A DNA stretch of 64,000 nt from the sequence record NC_135729.1; one strand, given 5' to 3'. Source of the stretch: a phage. This document shows positions 63,894 through 64,000 of this stretch, piece by piece. A program made the position numbers and the translations under genes. The notes beneath the pieces were generated by a model. That model worked only from the letters and a program-made list of their open reading frames with translations. It did not search any database and was not told the DNA's origin. Position 1 is the stretch's first letter; each line of letters opens with the position of its first letter.

Positions 63894-64000
63894 AAAATCC
63901 TTGCTTTCTTTGTCCTGTGTGATACTATAATAACAAGCCGGGGCAACAGGGGCCGGGAGACAATCACCGGGCCTGCCCGTTATTCTGCAAACGAGAATGA

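Overview
This window reads as a 64 kb segment of a virulent tailed dsDNA phage genome; no integrase, att site, rRNA or CRISPR array was seen. Layout: (1) 1-8.8 kb, minus strand, a late morphogenesis block (structural proteins, putative major capsid followed by a strong terminator, scaffold, portal, large terminase) ending in an Rz/Rz1-type spanin pair; (2) 9.2-10.1 kb, a minus-strand cluster of six canonical tRNAs (Pro-UGG, Met-CAU, Thr-UGU, Ser-UGA, Tyr-GUA, Arg-UCU) plus one aberrant 99-nt tRNA-like element; (3) 10.1-14 kb, minus-strand small genes, an iteron-rich intergenic region, a winged-helix protein, and a kinase plus metallophosphoesterase pair; (4) 14-51.8 kb, a plus-strand block driven by sigma70-like promoters encoding an RNA ligase, a Sir2-family protein, DNA ligase, a lambda R-like endolysin, nucleases and resolvases, two orphan adenine methyltransferases, ThyX, NrdAB with glutaredoxin, NrdD, a homing-endonuclease-like insertion, NrdG, PhoH, a ClpP-like protease, an HPF/RaiA-family ribosome hibernation factor homologue, and about 35 small genes including an expanded paralogous family; (5) 51.85-54.3 kb, a 2.4 kb convergent non-coding region dense in iterons and inverted repeats; (6) 54.3-64 kb, a minus-strand array of small genes (several membrane peptides), most with their own sigma70-like promoter, a GC-rich 5' stem-loop and a CA-rich leader. 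All functional calls come from motif recognition by eye and gene context; no database search was run. Promoter, terminator and tRNA features suggest an enterobacterial-type host (inference).
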